From positions 62,325-126,324 of the forward strand of contig JAUCBJ010003467.1 in assembly GCA_032718475.1 (NCBI GenBank): a stretch of 64,000 nucleotides of DNA, given 5' to 3'. The notes under the pieces were generated by a model, which saw only the letters and a program-made list of their open reading frames with translations, did not search any database and was not told the origin of the DNA. How positions within the stretch are numbered: position 1 is the first letter of the stretch; every line of letters begins with the position of its first letter. This DNA comes from Nemertoderma westbladi (Eukaryota > Animalia > Xenacoelomorpha). Of this stretch, positions 47,813 through 61,869 are shown in pieces. Made by a program: the position numbers and the translations under genes.

Positions 47813-49858
47813 TCGCCAACTAAACAATTATTGTTTTGCTTAGAAAAAGCCGTTTCTGTAACCTGCTCCTTACCTTAAATTGGTAACAACATCGTTTATT
47901 GTTTTGGTTAGAAGAAGCCGTCTCTGTAACCTGCTCCTTTCCCTTAATTGGTAACTAAAATGGTTACTAACACAAATCTTATTGGGCGAAGGTTGGTTCG
48001 AAGGTTGGTTCGAAGGTTGTTCGCGGGCGAATATTGGACGCGGGCGAAGGTTGTACTCGGGCGAAGGTTGCACCCAACCTGTAGTACAGTAGTCGGTATA
48101 CTACTCATTCTGAGTAATGCGCACCAGTACATGTTCATTCCCCCAGTAAAGCCCCCCCCCAGTAAAGATGAGTAATTTAGAAAATCCGCTATTAAGAATT
48201 AATATGATAAAATCATAGTTATAAAGTAAGTTACTGAAATTACAAATGAAATTGAATTAATAAATTAAATTAATATTATAATTAAACTGAGGGGACTGTT
48301 TTACATAACGGTCATTTAATTTGGCTTAATTGGAAAGATTAAAAATAATACTTTAATTATAACATAAAGTTTTTATGTTTCAAGAAACTGCTATTCGCGT
48401 GTCATTTATCACCCTGTCATTTAGCTTTAAATCATTTACGTAATGATGTGTCATTTAAACTCATTAACATAATAATAGTTATACGGCATAGCAACTGGTC
48501 TGGTCGTCATGCTGTCATGGCTTTTCAGTAAATTTAATAATATTTCTATTAAGAACAGTTAACTTATTCTTAAAAACTAGTACTAATGATACCATGAGTA
48601 CTTATGATTCCATGGTCCTACTACCATGGAATCATAACAACATGTATTGATAACATAAAAGTATTGCAAAATGACAGTAGGCAAATTTCAATTCATGTCA
48701 TTTAAATTAAGGGACGTAAAATTTAAATGTGCTTCCGTTTTTTAAATACCTTATTTACAAATCGGCGATTTCCATTTAGTTAAATGTCGCTTCGTGAAAC
48801 AATCCCCCACCCCACACCATGGTATATTATTTTATAAACTGCCACATTTTGAAATTGAACTAATTATGGTACCGGTACATTATTAAATACACTTTTTTGA
48901 TTTATTGAAAGTCAAAAAAAAACGTTTTTTTGTTAAAAAAAATTAATGTTCTAATTAATTACATTTCAAAGTAATTTTCATGGTATTAATAATAATATTG
49001 AATTAAAATACATAGCCACCCACAGGTTATTTAGTTGTGACTCGGCAAGACAAGCTACGCAATATCCAATCACGTTGGTCAGTGTACCAAGAAAAAATTA
49101 CATAATTCATTATATTACATCAGAGTCAGAGTGCCTATCTTATTTATGCTATCTTTCATTGGTATATATTGAACCCTGCTTGACAGGCGAGGCACAGCAA
49201 CGTCGTCTAATCAAAGCACAGAAACCAAGGCAGGAGCCAGTGGGCGCCCCCCTGCAGTGGTCAATTGGGCTCCATTTCATTGCTTTACATTACAGACTAT
49301 TAAACTGGTTGAGAGATTATATAATATAGGCCTAAGTAATAAGCTGGCTTTCTAAGAACATTGTATGATATTATGATGCCTTATCATGGGGGCGGGGGTG
49401 CCTGAGGGAATTATTGGTAGTATATGGCTGGAGCCCTGGCTACAACACTTTGATGGGGTATATGGGTTCTCCTTTCTACTACTTATTTTCTTTGGCAACC
49501 TGCCTGGGATAATGTGGATTGTATCTGGTCTGGGGTCGGGCTCCTTTCCAAAGCAACTTCAACTTCGAATATTTTCTAATATTCGGTTTATTGCACTTGT
49601 CATTATAATTCTTTTAATTTAACGGAACTTGACGATGGCAAAATGCTCTCAGAGTTAGTGTAAGTTGGAATCTCCACGGTAGGGTCCCGGGACCCTGGGA
49701 CCCTACCCTCGCTACGCTAGTGATCCTGTCACTTAACACAGTAACACCAGTCAGCCAGTGCCAGTACAGCAGTACTGCATTGTACCGCTATGTATGAAAA
49801 GACTTTGATATTTTTCTCAAATTTCCCGGTCTTCTCGGGGTATTAGCTGGATAAAAGA

Positions 49859-51712
49859 TAATAATAATAATAATAATAATAATTTATTTATAACGCTCCT
49901 TTTAAGGGCAATAAATCAAGGCGCAGGTACGCGTACACAATTAGTTAATTACGTATTCTAACGAAAAGTAGTGTGTTTTCAGCCGCGACTTAAACAATTC
50001 CACGGTGTGTGCACTGCGGACCGAATAAGGGAGAGCGTTCCATAAACGGGGCCCGGCAACTGAGAAAGCCCACCTCCCGTAACTTTCTAGCCGATAACGA
50101 GGCGCAACCAGAGTTAGTTCATCATCACCTGAACGCAGAGAACGATGAGGAATGTACCGGGTCAGCAAATTCTTTAAATAGCTCGGAGCGTAGCCATTGA
50201 TACACTTATATACTATAAGTACAATCTTAAAGTCAATGCGTCGCAATACAGGCAACCAGTGGAGATATTTGAGCACAGGTTTAATATGTTCTCGTTTCTT
50301 TGTGCCTGTTCTGCTGTTAGTACTGTAGTAGGCGCGCCGCAGAGTTCTGGACATATTGTAGTTTGTTTATATATTTGTCTGGCAATCCATAATATAACGA
50401 ATTGTTATTGTCTAAAGAGCTGGTGATAAATGCGTGGATTAGCGTTTCGAGGTCATGTTTTGCTAAACACCGCCGTATTTTTGATAGATTTCGGATGTGG
50501 AAAAACGCACTGCGAACAGTTAGAGATATTTGTTTACTGAACGTCATATAATGATCCATAGTAAAGCCGATATTGCGGGCATCGGTGCTGCAGCCCACCA
50601 CGTCGTTACCAATACGTATTTGTGGGTTGTCAACTGATGTGCCAAATCGCGACTGCAGTAGCAGCACTTCGGTTTTCTCGGAGTTCATCTTGAGCATATA
50701 TGTGTACATCCATTTCTGAATATCATTTAGGCAATCCTCAGTCACCTGAACTGCTGAATCAATATTTACAGATTTGAAACTGATATATATTTGAGTATCA
50801 TCAGCATACAGATGGTATGATAAACCATGCTTTTTTATTACAGCAGATAAAGAGCGTGTATAAATTGTAAATAGTAGCGGCCCGAGCACAGAACCTTGTG
50901 GCAATCCATACTTTAGGTCTCTGTATGTAGAATAATGACTACCAACACGAACTTGCTGTTTACGATCAGACAAATATGATTTGAACCATTTAAGTGCATT
51001 TCCAGTTATCCCTATATCAGACTTAAGAATTTCTAAGAGTTTCTCATGTTCAACCGTGTCGAACGCTGCAGATAAATCCAAGAGAACAACTAGCACTGCT
51101 GAACCTGAGTCGATGCTGCGGAGAATAGAATCATTTACTGAAAGAAGTGCTGTTTCTGTTCCGTGGTGGTGCCTGTATGCGCTTTGCATCGGCTCATGTA
51201 GGTTGTGAATATTCATATATTGAATCAGCTGGTTTGCGACGACCTTTTCTATTAATTTCGAAATGTAAAGCAAGTTGGAGACCGGCCTGAAGTTTTTAAG
51301 AATTTCTGGGTCCAATTTTATCTTCTTAAGGACTGGTGTTAACACTGCCTCCTTAAACAGAGATGGAACTGTACCCATAGACAATGACATATTAATAATA
51401 CAGGTAATAAGAGGCAGCAGCAGATTGATGGACAGCTTGACCAAGCTCGTCGGCATCGGGTCGCGCGGACTCGTTTTAGATTTCGAGTTATTTATAAGTT
51501 CCTTCGTCTCCTCAGTGGAAATTTCACGGAAAGAGCTAAATCCTTGATCCGTAACCGTTGGGGTGTTAAAAGCCGCCGGGTCACCCAGTCCAATAGGGTG
51601 AGATTTCGTTTCCGTCGGTGTCGCCATTCCCGCCAATGTCGGACGAACTAGTATAGGAATTGTTTCCGTATGAGCAACCGGCCCAATCGATTGGGTGTTT
51701 ACTTCGGTCAGA
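49859..51712 (-). mobile_element. 5'-truncated L2/CR1-clade LINE (RT region), one frameshift near 50320
   Basis: NFRPVSNL, LLDLSAAFDTV, GLPQGSVLGPLLF, YADDTQ, LHWLPV, AFSVAGPRLWNALP; (ATT)n tail at 49859-49885. Confidence 0.92.
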
Positions 51713-52104
51713 TTAACACAGTAACACCAGTCAGCCAGTGCCAGTACAGTAGTACTGCATTGTACCGCTATGTATGAAAAGACTTTGATATTTTTCTCAA
51801 ATTTCCCGGTCTTCTCGGGGTATTAGCTGGAAAAAAGACAGGGAAATACTGAAATAGCAGGACAAAAGACAGGAAAAATTTTCCCAAAAATTGTAAAGAC
51901 TTTAGGCAGTTAGGCCCTAGATAAACATGGTTTTCTCAATCAATATTTTGATTATACCGTACATAAACATAACCTGATAGATAACAGCATAATCTGAGAA
52001 TAATAATAGGCCTATAGTAATAGAAATACCGGTATGAGTATTAAACAATCTGACAATACAACGCATGCAAATTAATTTCACAATTTTTTTGACAGTTTGG
52101 GGGA

Positions 52105-52360
52105 ATGGAGCAGGTAACATATATACAGAGGCAGGCTTTTCTAACCAATACAACAAACGGCCACTTTTCAAATTATGGGAAAGGAGCAGGTTGCAGAGGT
52201 GGGCTTTTCTAACCAAAACAATAAACGATCACTTTACCAAACCCCAAAACAGTAAACAGCCACTTTACCAATTGAGGGAAAGGAGCAGGTTACAGACAGA
52301 CAAGAGGCGGTCTTTACTAACCAAAACAATAAACGATCACTTTACTAATTTAGGGAAACC
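52105..52360 (+). repeat. Dispersed ~68-bp repeat cluster (same as 2490-2810; inverted copies at 7190-7270 and 47820-47950)
   Basis: gggaaaggagcaggttacagag...ctaaccaaaacaataaac units. Confidence 0.75.
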
Positions 52361-53162
52361 CTGCCATATGGTCAGTAGGTCAGACAGTCTGACAGTCGGT
52401 AGAAAAAATGTTAATGTTAAATGTTGTGTTTATACACCTGTACACCAATTCTGGTGAACCGGTACAATAAAAAAAAACAGTTGACAGTAATATAGTAGTA
52501 ATACCGGTACTGACAGACTGAACTGCTGAATACTGCAGTTGTTAAAAATTCAGTGCCCCTGAAACCGGAAAGAGCCCGGTACTGACAGTGGTCAATTTAA
52601 GTTAAGTATTTTTCTAGAAAATACAGTTTTTTCACGTGCTGCGCGAAGGGCACATCGGCCTCTGCGATCGGCAGCCGTAATATTTACACCACATTAAATA
52701 CACGACCTTGGGTGTCTGTCTGTAGATTTTCCTGCAAATTAAAGGAAAATTGAGGAAATGGTGCACATTTGAAAACAGGCAAAAATTGACTTTTCGAGAA
52801 AAAAGCCATAAACTCATGATTTTCAATCGTGCTGCTCCAAGCGGAAAATCACCCTAATTTAATTTTTTTTTTCTATTAAATTACACATAGGTCAGAGAGT
52901 GTACGGTATGTGTAAAATTTGAAACAAATCGGTCCAAAAATGACCACTGGGGAAAGCTGTTTGTCACTGTGCCTCAAATGTAATAGAACCAGAGAACCCA
53001 GTAGGCCGACAGCTCTTGTAGCTGAGCTGGTAGAACTGTCAGACTGTAGAACATTTTGTGGTCTGGTAGTTCAGTTGTTGTTGTTGTTTGAAGTTCAAAA
53101 TTAAACAAAGTTGTAGGCTATGGTGTTGTAGCGAAAATATATTAGTTATATAATATCTGATT

Positions 53163-53891
53163 ATGGCGGCCAATACATACCTGAATGAATATACACAAAT
53201 TCCTTTAATAACGCGGTCCTACACAACTGCCTGCGTGCTCACAACTATAGCCGTACAATTGGAACTGGTTTCGCCGTTTCAACTATACTACAACCCTCAA
53301 CTCATATTTTGGCACTTCCAAATATGGAGAATTTTAACCACATTCACATACTTCGGGAACATAGGTTTTAACTTTTTATTCAGCATGATATTTACCTACC
53401 GGTACTGCCGTATGTTGGAGGAGGGTTCTTTCCGAGGTCGAGTGGCCGATATGGCTTGGATGTTTGTTTTCGGCGGGACAATAATGGCAGTCATGGGATT
53501 GTTTATAAGTCTAGTCTTCCTGGGTCAGGCTTTTACTATTATGCTAGTCTACGTGTGGTCCCGAAGGAATCCTTTTATAAGGATGAATTTTTTCGGAGTT
53601 ATATCATTCCATGCTCCGTATCTCCCTTGGGTGCTGCTAGCCTTTAGTCTACTCTTAGGAAACTCTCCCACGGTCGATTTTATGGGGATAGCCGTCGGGC
53701 ATATTTACTATTTCCTCGAGGACGTATTTCCTCTGCAGCACGGGGGATTTAGATTGTTGAAAACGCCGAACATTTTGTGTCGGATTCTAGACCACGATCC
53801 CAACGAGGTTGTGGATCCTGTGGCGGAATCTGATCGCCCGGGGGGTTTCGCATTCGGACAGCCCCGTGGCGATGGAGACCAACAGGGATGA
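53163..53891 (+). CDS. DERL2: Derlin-2/3 (ERAD rhomboid-like protein), intronless
   Basis: [74 protein letters not shown] and a C-terminal RPGGF.FG. Confidence 0.95.
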   Translation: MAANTYLNEYTQIPLITRSYTTACVLTTIAVQLELVSPFQLYYNPQLIFWHFQIWRILTTFTYFGNIGFNFLFSMIFTYRYCRMLEEGSFRGRVADMAWMFVFGGTIMAVMGLFISLVFLGQAFTIMLVYVWSRRNPFIRMNFFGVISFHAPYLPWVLLAFSLLLGNSPTVDFMGIAVGHIYYFLEDVFPLQHGGFRLLKTPNILCRILDHDPNEVVDPVAESDRPGGFAFGQPRGDGDQQG

Positions 53892-56134
53892 CGTCCGGGA
53901 TTCTAGCACCCAGGATGCTAGCAAACGCTATTTATAAATCGTGCACTTTGGGTAGGAGCTATCGCCTTTTTATATCGGGTTGGGTATGTGAGTCATGTAA
54001 TTTTATCTCGTGCATTTCATTGTTATTTTTTTCGTATTATTTATACAGTTATGTATGGAAGACATACAATTCATACAGGTATTATTATACAAGGCGAATT
54101 GAATCTTTAGTATCTTGTAATGATATATGGAAATATAACATTCTTTGATCTATTATAAATATTTGATCCTAAATTATTTTTTCATAACAAACAATGTTGA
54201 TTGACTTCCGGATCTTTAAGTTACAGTTTTCTTTTCATTCCGAAAATTGGTAAACGAATTTAAACTTAGTCCAATAGATTTCTAAATTAATTACCTTAGC
54301 TAATTCGGTATTACATTGTTTTAACACAGAATTGCATGTTATATTTATTTTACACTGAATTCAAAAATTCAGAATATTTTTTGCAATTTTTTTTAAATTT
54401 ATTATGTTTAGTACTACAGATAAGATAGGTTTTCAACTTTAAGTCATTTACGTAAATCGACTTAGAATACGTGTGTTGCGTGTAGTAACTAGGATGTTGT
54501 TTCTATGCTTTGTGATTGGGGTTTTTACTATTCTTTGAGGTTGCGGTATAAAAGTTATATTAATATAATAATAACTTTAGTGAATTAATAAATATGCAAG
54601 TTCCGGCAATGTTATAATGTTGTAGTACTAGATAGCTGGCGGCAACCTCAGCACGACTCATAAGTAATAGCTAATTTATTTTTAATATTTCCAATTCCAA
54701 TACGATGAAGTAGGCCTATATATATTGCAAAGCTAGTTTGTACTAGAATGTTGAGACTAGATCAAATTCAATAAACATAAATCTCGTATGTAATTCAAAC
54801 ACGTTGTTTGCGCGACGTATTCTTAACAAATATTTTCATCTCCACTATCGCAATTATAATAATAATATCTTTACTTTGATATATTTTGCCTCGGTGTCTA
54901 TTTTAGAATATTGCGTTTACTAACATTGTGAATATTCGATATTGATTTTGTACATGTATATAAACATATAGGACTATTTGGGCCACCAGGGGGAACTAGT
55001 GTAGGAAATAATGGGAGAACCGGAAAACTCTTGTCCGGACACTTATTTTTTTCAAAATTGATCAATTGCATTTTCATTTATGATGTAAATTAAAGTAAAG
55101 AAATGTTCTTTGTTACTAATATTTTATGATCTCGAATCTCGATAGATTGCAAAGTATTCACGTCTGTTGCTACGGTTGAAGTTATTGCGATAGAAATAAA
55201 AAAGAAAAAAGTTAATAATCGGAATACTCTAATATATATACTATCAGGATGTAGATGCGATACTAATCAAATACACATATTGTATTAAGTAACGCCTCCC
55301 CCTAAAATATAACTTTAATGTTAAATAAACTTTTACATCACAATTTATTAAAAATTCCGGATAAGACCAGTTCCTCTTTTGGTCCTCAATAATTTATCTT
55401 TTAATTAATCAGTGTCTAATTCTAATTAATTATTATTCGAATTTAACGTATAAAGTATTGTTTATGTTTAACAGACATAGATTTTTAAATTAAGTAATTT
55501 AAATAGGATCAATTTTTTATTCATTTTGTGGCGAATTCATTTTTTCCACTCCATTTGCTATAGAGTTGTGTCATCCTAAGTCCTATTTAAATTACTTAAT
55601 AATTTATAATGCATGTATTTTCAAGCTTTGCAATATTTCCCAAGCAAACTTAAACAGTAAATACTAACTATGTAATAATAAGTATCTGTCATTACTTGCT
55701 CACTGTCTCGAGTGTCTGGCTGTATAATTTCTTAGATGTTGTTATTGATTGTAAATTTATGCAGTAAAATTCGGTATTACATACGCCGTTACTCCGTTAT
55801 AATTATTAATAGCAAATTCGATAATATTATTAATAATAATAATCGATTATAATAAAATATAAATTTTACTTTAATGAACTGTCAATTAGGTTACCACGAC
55901 TGGGCACTGAGGGTCCCCAAAAATCAAAGTTTTAGAATTTATGTGTTCGCATCTTAAAATTACTTGTTCCCTCCTAAAATGTAATGCTTTGACAGATTTG
56001 GATAGTTTTGAAGAATGATGTCCCCTAGCCAGTTAGTAATCCATCTAAGCACGATTACATTATATTCTCTATTATTGTTGATGCCCCTTTTTCTATTGCT
56101 TCTAAGTCATTGCTTCAGGGTCTTGTGGGTCTAG

Positions 56135-56470
56135 GCGTTCGCCGTGAGGACCAGCCTGTGCACAATCTTGTGCTATGGCAGCTCCGTGGTGAAAATAAGT
56201 ATGGTGGTCACTGGACCGCCCATGACTTTCGTGAGACGCCTCATAAAGGACAATGGCCTTGAAGATACGGATAAACTCGCGAAAGTCATGGTGGATTGGA
56301 TAGGGAGTTGTAACGGTGCAACTTTGTTGATAAGCCGGCATAGCATTCTTAATGCACGCTGCATTGGGCTTGCCAATTGTGGATGGCATGGTGGTGGAAT
56401 ATTATTTTTTTCAAGCCAGTATAGCATCTCAATGTGCAGCTTCAATGCAGCAGGCCGATTATAGTAGTAG
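56135..56470 (+). mobile_element. RTE-like LINE 3' fragment
   Basis: RREDQPVHNLVLWQ...LIKDNGLEDTDKL; ends gcagcttcaatgcagcaggccgattatagtagtag, as also seen at ~27610-27650. Confidence 0.6.
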
Positions 56471-56623
56471 GTCATTGGAATTTGGAAGTAAGATTTTTGA
56501 AAAAAGTAAGATGCCTAATTTGAATTCAACTATCCTTTGTTTCAACAACAAATTATGTTGTTGTTTTATAGGTTGCTGCACCACCTTAATTACTAAATCA
56601 CCGCAATTGGTTCTAATGCCAAA

Positions 56624-57062
56624 CCAATCAAGGTACTAGAAGTACTCGAACCAATCAAAGCACTAGAAGTACTAGAACCAATCAAAGCACTAGAAGTACT
56701 AGAACCAATCAAAGCACTAGAATTACTAGAACCGATCAAAGTACTAGAATTACTAGAACCAATCAAAGCACTGGAACTAATCAAAGTACTAGAAGTACTA
56801 GAACCAATCAAAGTACTAGAAGTACTAGAACCAATCAAAGTACTAGAAGTACTAGAACCAATCAAAGTACTAGAATCCATCAAAGTATTAGAAGTACTAG
56901 AACCAATCAAAGTACTAGAAGTACTAGAACCAATCAAAGTACTAGAACCAATCAAAGTACTAGAAGTACTAGAACCAATCAAAGTACTAGAACCAATCAA
57001 AGTACTAGAAGTACTAGAACCAATCAAAGTACTAGAATTACTAGAACCAATCAAAGCAATAG
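56624..57062. repeat. Minisatellite of 18/27-bp units built from 9-bp subunits
   Basis: ccaatcaaa-gtactagaa-gtactagaa repeats. Confidence 0.92.
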
Positions 57063-57572
57063 AAGTTGGTTTTGTTTGATATTTTACAAACTACTTGAGG
57101 ACCTCTAAACTATCTTCAAAATTTATCAAAATCTGCATGTCATGTTAGTTTAGGAAGTAGCGCTGATTTTTGGGTGAGAGCGAATAAATTCTAAAACTTA
57201 TTTTTTACGATATACTTTTGTGTTGTGGGTCACCTTTGTCTTTTAAATACTGGGAATTGGGACAACACGTCCGTGGGCAGGGGGATATACTATTTTCTTG
57301 TCCTTCTCAATTTGTTTCTATATTCACATACCGGTATTATAAATTTCAATTTACTTTTAATAGTGGGACTTACGTTGTTTCTTTAATAACTTAACCGATG
57401 TTGATACGCAGCTATGTATCATTTAATTATTCCATAATTTCCAATCTGTAGGTTCGCTTTTATTGGTCTTGTGTTATTATTTTACAATAATCCGTCAGAC
57501 CCTGTTTGTTATGGACCTACTAAGTATAGTATTGTAAACTAAAAGTTAGTTTTCTTTTTTCTTAATTGAATA

Positions 57573-59000
57573 ATGTTGCGACTTTGTATCCAAAGGAATG
57601 GACTAACTAGACAAAGGCAGTACACTACGGTGTCCGACTCATTCCCAAAGCAGTTTCCATGGTTACGAACCTACGGCCCCGCGATTCCCATTTCGAGTCG
57701 CCACATCGAACTTCTTCTCGAGCCCTCCGACTTCTACGGTAAACTCATCGATCTCTGCGACCGCAGCCGCCGTCGCATCGTCCTCAGCTCCCTCTATCTC
57801 GGCACCTCGGAACTCGAGAACGGCCTAGTGGCTGCGTTGCGTCGTGCCGCCGCTAGAGGCGTCAGCGTTCGGCTTCTACTCGACTACAACCGAAGTCTGC
57901 GGGGCTGCCCTAACTCCTGCACCCAACTGTCCGGAATAGCCGGCGACTTCTCCGTATCCCTGTACCACGCGCCGAACCTCTACGGTTGGCGTCGCAGTCG
58001 TCGCCTAGGTAACCTGCGGGAAGCCGTCGGTGTCCAACACATGAAGGCCTACATCAGCGACGATGACGTCATACTGAGCGGGGCCAACCTCAGCGAGACT
58101 TACTTTACGAACCGCCAGGATCGCTCCATACTAGTGCCTAACTCTCCCGATCTGACTAACTTTATAGTCGAACTTGTAACTATCATTTCTGACTCGTCAT
58201 TTCAAATGGATTCAAACGGAATTCCCTATTGGCCTAAAGGTATCCACGGCTATCGTCATCCTTTCTACGGTAGACGCGCCAGCGCCGCATTCGCGTGGAA
58301 TGTTTCCCAGCAGATAAAACAATTTATTTCCCGGTGGAATAAAGATAAATTCGACAGTAATAAAGTAGACACTGTTGTGTATCCTTTGTTGCAGATGGCT
58401 CCTTTGCGTATCCTATCCGAGACTGAGGCCGTGCTGCGACTGTTAGGTGAGTGCAGAATCGGGGACAGACTCTACATGGCCTCGGGTTACTTCAACCCTC
58501 TAAGTTCGCTTTCAGACTTCCTGGTTACCAGCAAGGGGTCTCGCTCGCTGCTGGTCGCGTCCCCTCAGACCAACGGGTGGTGGGGGGCGCGTGGTCCCGG
58601 CCGATTCATCCCCGGGGTCTACCAGGCAACCACGGATAAGTTCCTCAGAGACAGCGCGATCTACAGGGACCCTGAACTCCAGGTCAGACACTATAGACGA
58701 CCGGGGTACAGCTACCACGGGAAGGGTTTGTGGTGGTACCCCCGGGGTAGCCAACACCCCTGTCTCACTCTAATCGGTTCCAGTAACTTCGGCCATCGTT
58801 CCTGGATTCGCGATTTAGAATTGCAGTTTGCCATAGCAACCACCAATAGCGATTTACAAGCTTTGTTTCATAAAGAACGCGAATATTTGTGGTCCTACGG
58901 CGAGCTGTTAGACTCTTCTACTGGAAGTTCTAGTGAGTACAATTCTACGACAAAGCTCCTACTAAAATTGGTGACTCCTTTTATACAAACCTTTTTCTAG
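57573..59000 (+). CDS. PGS1: Mitochondrial phosphatidylglycerophosphate synthase (PLD family), intronless
   Basis: IVLSSLYLG, GVQHMKAYISDDDVILSGANLSETYFTNRQDR, ASGYFN, SYHGKGLW, TLIGSSNFGHRS..RDLE; Arg-rich N-terminal presequence-like segment. Confidence 0.93.
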   Translation: MLRLCIQRNGLTRQRQYTTVSDSFPKQFPWLRTYGPAIPISSRHIELLLEPSDFYGKLIDLCDRSRRRIVLSSLYLGTSELENGLVAALRRAAARGVSVRLLLDYNRSLRGCPNSCTQLSGIAGDFSVSLYHAPNLYGWRRSRRLGNLREAVGVQHMKAYISDDDVILSGANLSETYFTNRQDRSILVPNSPDLTNFIVELVTIISDSSFQMDSNGIPYWPKGIHGYRHPFYGRRASAAFAWNVSQQIKQFISRWNKDKFDSNKVDTVVYPLLQMAPLRILSETEAVLRLLGECRIGDRLYMASGYFNPLSSLSDFLVTSKGSRSLLVASPQTNGWWGARGPGRFIPGVYQATTDKFLRDSAIYRDPELQVRHYRRPGYSYHGKGLWWYPRGSQHPCLTLIGSSNFGHRSWIRDLELQFAIATTNSDLQALFHKEREYLWSYGELLDSSTGSSSEYNSTTKLLLKLVTPFIQTFF

Positions 59001-60628
59001 TTTTAAGATACAATTATGATATACCTGACACTATAACATTGCATTGAAGACAAATTATTTGTTTGAATTTAATTATAATGTAAACGATATATGTTAAAAA
59101 GTATATTGTTGATTAAACACTAAAGGAAGGCGTCCTTAACTATAGTTTAGTCGCCTTGCACTAAAGCACTCTTAGTCTTAATCATTCCAAACCTCGGTTC
59201 CTGGAGTACCCATATAATTTGCACCTTCGTGGGGCCTTCGCGCAGCACGAGGCTCCGTTATGAGATACAGATTAATATTGAGTGATTCTACTGTATCACA
59301 AACTCGATATCTAAGAAATTTAACCAAACACCAATAAATCAAAGAGAGGGAAAACTACAACTGGAAGCGATTCACAAATATACAAACAGCACAAATTACT
59401 ACCAAAAATAATTAAAAATCGCATATTATTTAATTTACTTAACCAACAAAGAAATCAATAAACTCATGTTATTAGTAACATGTTAAACTCATAAAGCAAT
59501 ATAGAAAAAATTTAGATATTTAGGCGTGGAGGCGACCCAATTTGTAAAAAACCGTGGTGTGGTGTATCTTAGGCCAATTTCAAAATTTGAGTGGTAATAA
59601 TTTCTGTACTACGTTGGTTGTGTTTGTGATCAATATCTTAAAAGTTGGGTCTGTATTAGATCTACACATCTGCCAACAGGGAAGACTAAACGGTGTACCG
59701 AATCCGAGATATTGCAGAAAAATATGGTGGCCTAAGTGAAATTGTCAAGTGGGGAAAATTATGCCACTTGTGGTTTTGCTTCCATATATTTTACTGGGCG
59801 GGGTGGTGGCTTAAGTTGTACCAGTTTAAGAATTATAGGACAATTCCATCGTTACGGACTCACATTCATACGCAATTTTCGAATTTAATTGGCATATTTA
59901 ATTAATAACTTTACAATATAAATAACATTCACCTATGGTGGCTGATGGATTAATGGTACATCTTTACTTTGACTTATAAAAAAGAGTTGTATCTCATTTG
60001 ATTCATAGGATATTGTAAATATAGTGCCCGTTACGGACTCACATGCAAATGGACAAAGAAAAATTACCCAATTGTATTTTGACAAATTCTCTTGAAATGT
60101 TTAACGCCATACGTTATAACTTTCACAATGCGAGGTAGATACATCAAATTTTGTAAATTTGTAAGTTAATAGCAGAAAAATATGGTGATAAACCTCATTT
60201 ATAGAGAAATTGTTCGTTACGGACTCACAGAAAAAAATGTTACGGACTCACACTTGAAATCGTTATGCACTCGTTATTTTGTTTAGAAAAAAAAGAGCAA
60301 CGACCAATGACTGTTTATGGTATTTATTCAATAAATATATTTATAGCTTATCTACCTTTCGCTTTCACAATGTACCTTATGCATCACTATTAGTTATATC
60401 TTTAGTAGTGTTCATATTTTGAGTAGGCATATTTGGTGTGTATAGTAGTGTATATTTAATATCCTATAAGTTCATATGACCATAATTTGTTAAAATGACC
60501 AATTTCTAATTCTTTAACAACATAAATACCACGTTCACGGAAAATTTTTTATTCTGGAAAATAAATTTTGAACAGTATTTCGTTGTATTTATGTTTTACG
60601 ATCACTACTATCACAGTACTTAAGTTAT

Positions 60629-60870
60629 TCCACCTTGGCGTAGTTGGTTAAATTGAAATTTGAAATCACATCTCTCCTTGGGTCGTGGGTTCGATCCCAT
60701 CATGAGGGCTAGGGTAGTTTTCGTTTCGGCACGAATACTTTAAAGACAATAAGGAGACTTATTAGCCAGGGCGCATCTCTTCCTTCCGTAAATGGTAGCT
60801 AAATGAGAACTGGAGTTTCCTCTGGGGGAATATAGGAGGGGACCGCACTGGAAATATACACTTTATTATT
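60629..60870 (+). repeat. tRNA-derived SINE
   Basis: A-box TGGCGTAGTTGG (60636), B-box GGTTCGATCCC (60688), non-tRNA body and ttattatt tail. Confidence 0.55.
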
Positions 60871-61869
60871 GAGACTTTGTGCGTAATCCCTGGCCTAACT
60901 GACGATATGTTTTGTATCTCAATCCATCATTCGCTCACTCGTTTCATGAAAACTTGGCGAACTTCGAGTGTATCATACTATACCATCTTGGTCAGTAACT
61001 TCTGTCATCCGTGATATATGCTGTTTGGCCCTTTCGGCCCAGAAATGTGAGTATTAGACGTAAGAGACAGGATTAAACGGGCGCAATGAAGAATGTCGTA
61101 CATTAGGATGATGTATGAATGAATACGTTCGAATGTACTGTCGATGGACAATTGTCAGACTAAAAGGAGCTGAATACTTTCAGTTTACATAGTGAATAAT
61201 GTATACAAAGCAGAATGATTCTTACCTAACCTACCGCCTGGTGAGTCCGTAACGGAAAATTTGTGAGTCCGTAACGCTATTCTTAAACAGTTCAGCTTCA
61301 ATACAGACCATAGAGACCTAATGGATGGTTTTGATTGGTTGTAAACCCAAAGGAAAATGATTGTCAGTGCAATACACATGCGGGGTGTACTCCAAATTAA
61401 AACTTTAAGTACTTTTCGTTACGGACTCACATAATTCTGTAGGCCAAATCTAAAGTTTTTGAAACATTGAATACACAATGCTATTCTGTCAATATTCAAA
61501 TTTTTATCATCAATAAGCTTCTAATAAATGTTGAATTTTCGGTTGGTGTAATTACCTGTCTTAATCAGACAATTTCAATGATAGTAAGATTATGTCAAAA
61601 ATGACATGTAATAATTTCTGCAAATTTGAAAATATGTAAAAAAATTTTCTCATATTCAATAATGAAAAACCAGTTGTTACCCTCAAAAAAATTAAGAATC
61701 CGTCACTTTTATTAAAAATTTCATTCTTTCTCGTCATTTTGATACCAAAATTATGCTGATTAGATGACTTTTTATTTTCGACATAAGTGTTACATCAATG
61801 GTGGAATTGCCCTATACCATGTGAAAGAGCGTTAAAAATGCAACATTTTGACATGTCGTACACCATGAT

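Noticed and set aside
49390-49620. Decayed piggyBac-like C-terminus (also acidic peptide at 41540-41645)
   Set aside because: Too short and degenerate; no TTAA-bounded TIRs found.
56593-57054. 153-aa Ser-rich ORF (LIGSSTSST)n
   Set aside because: Translation of a minisatellite, with no ATG start and no unique flanking domain.
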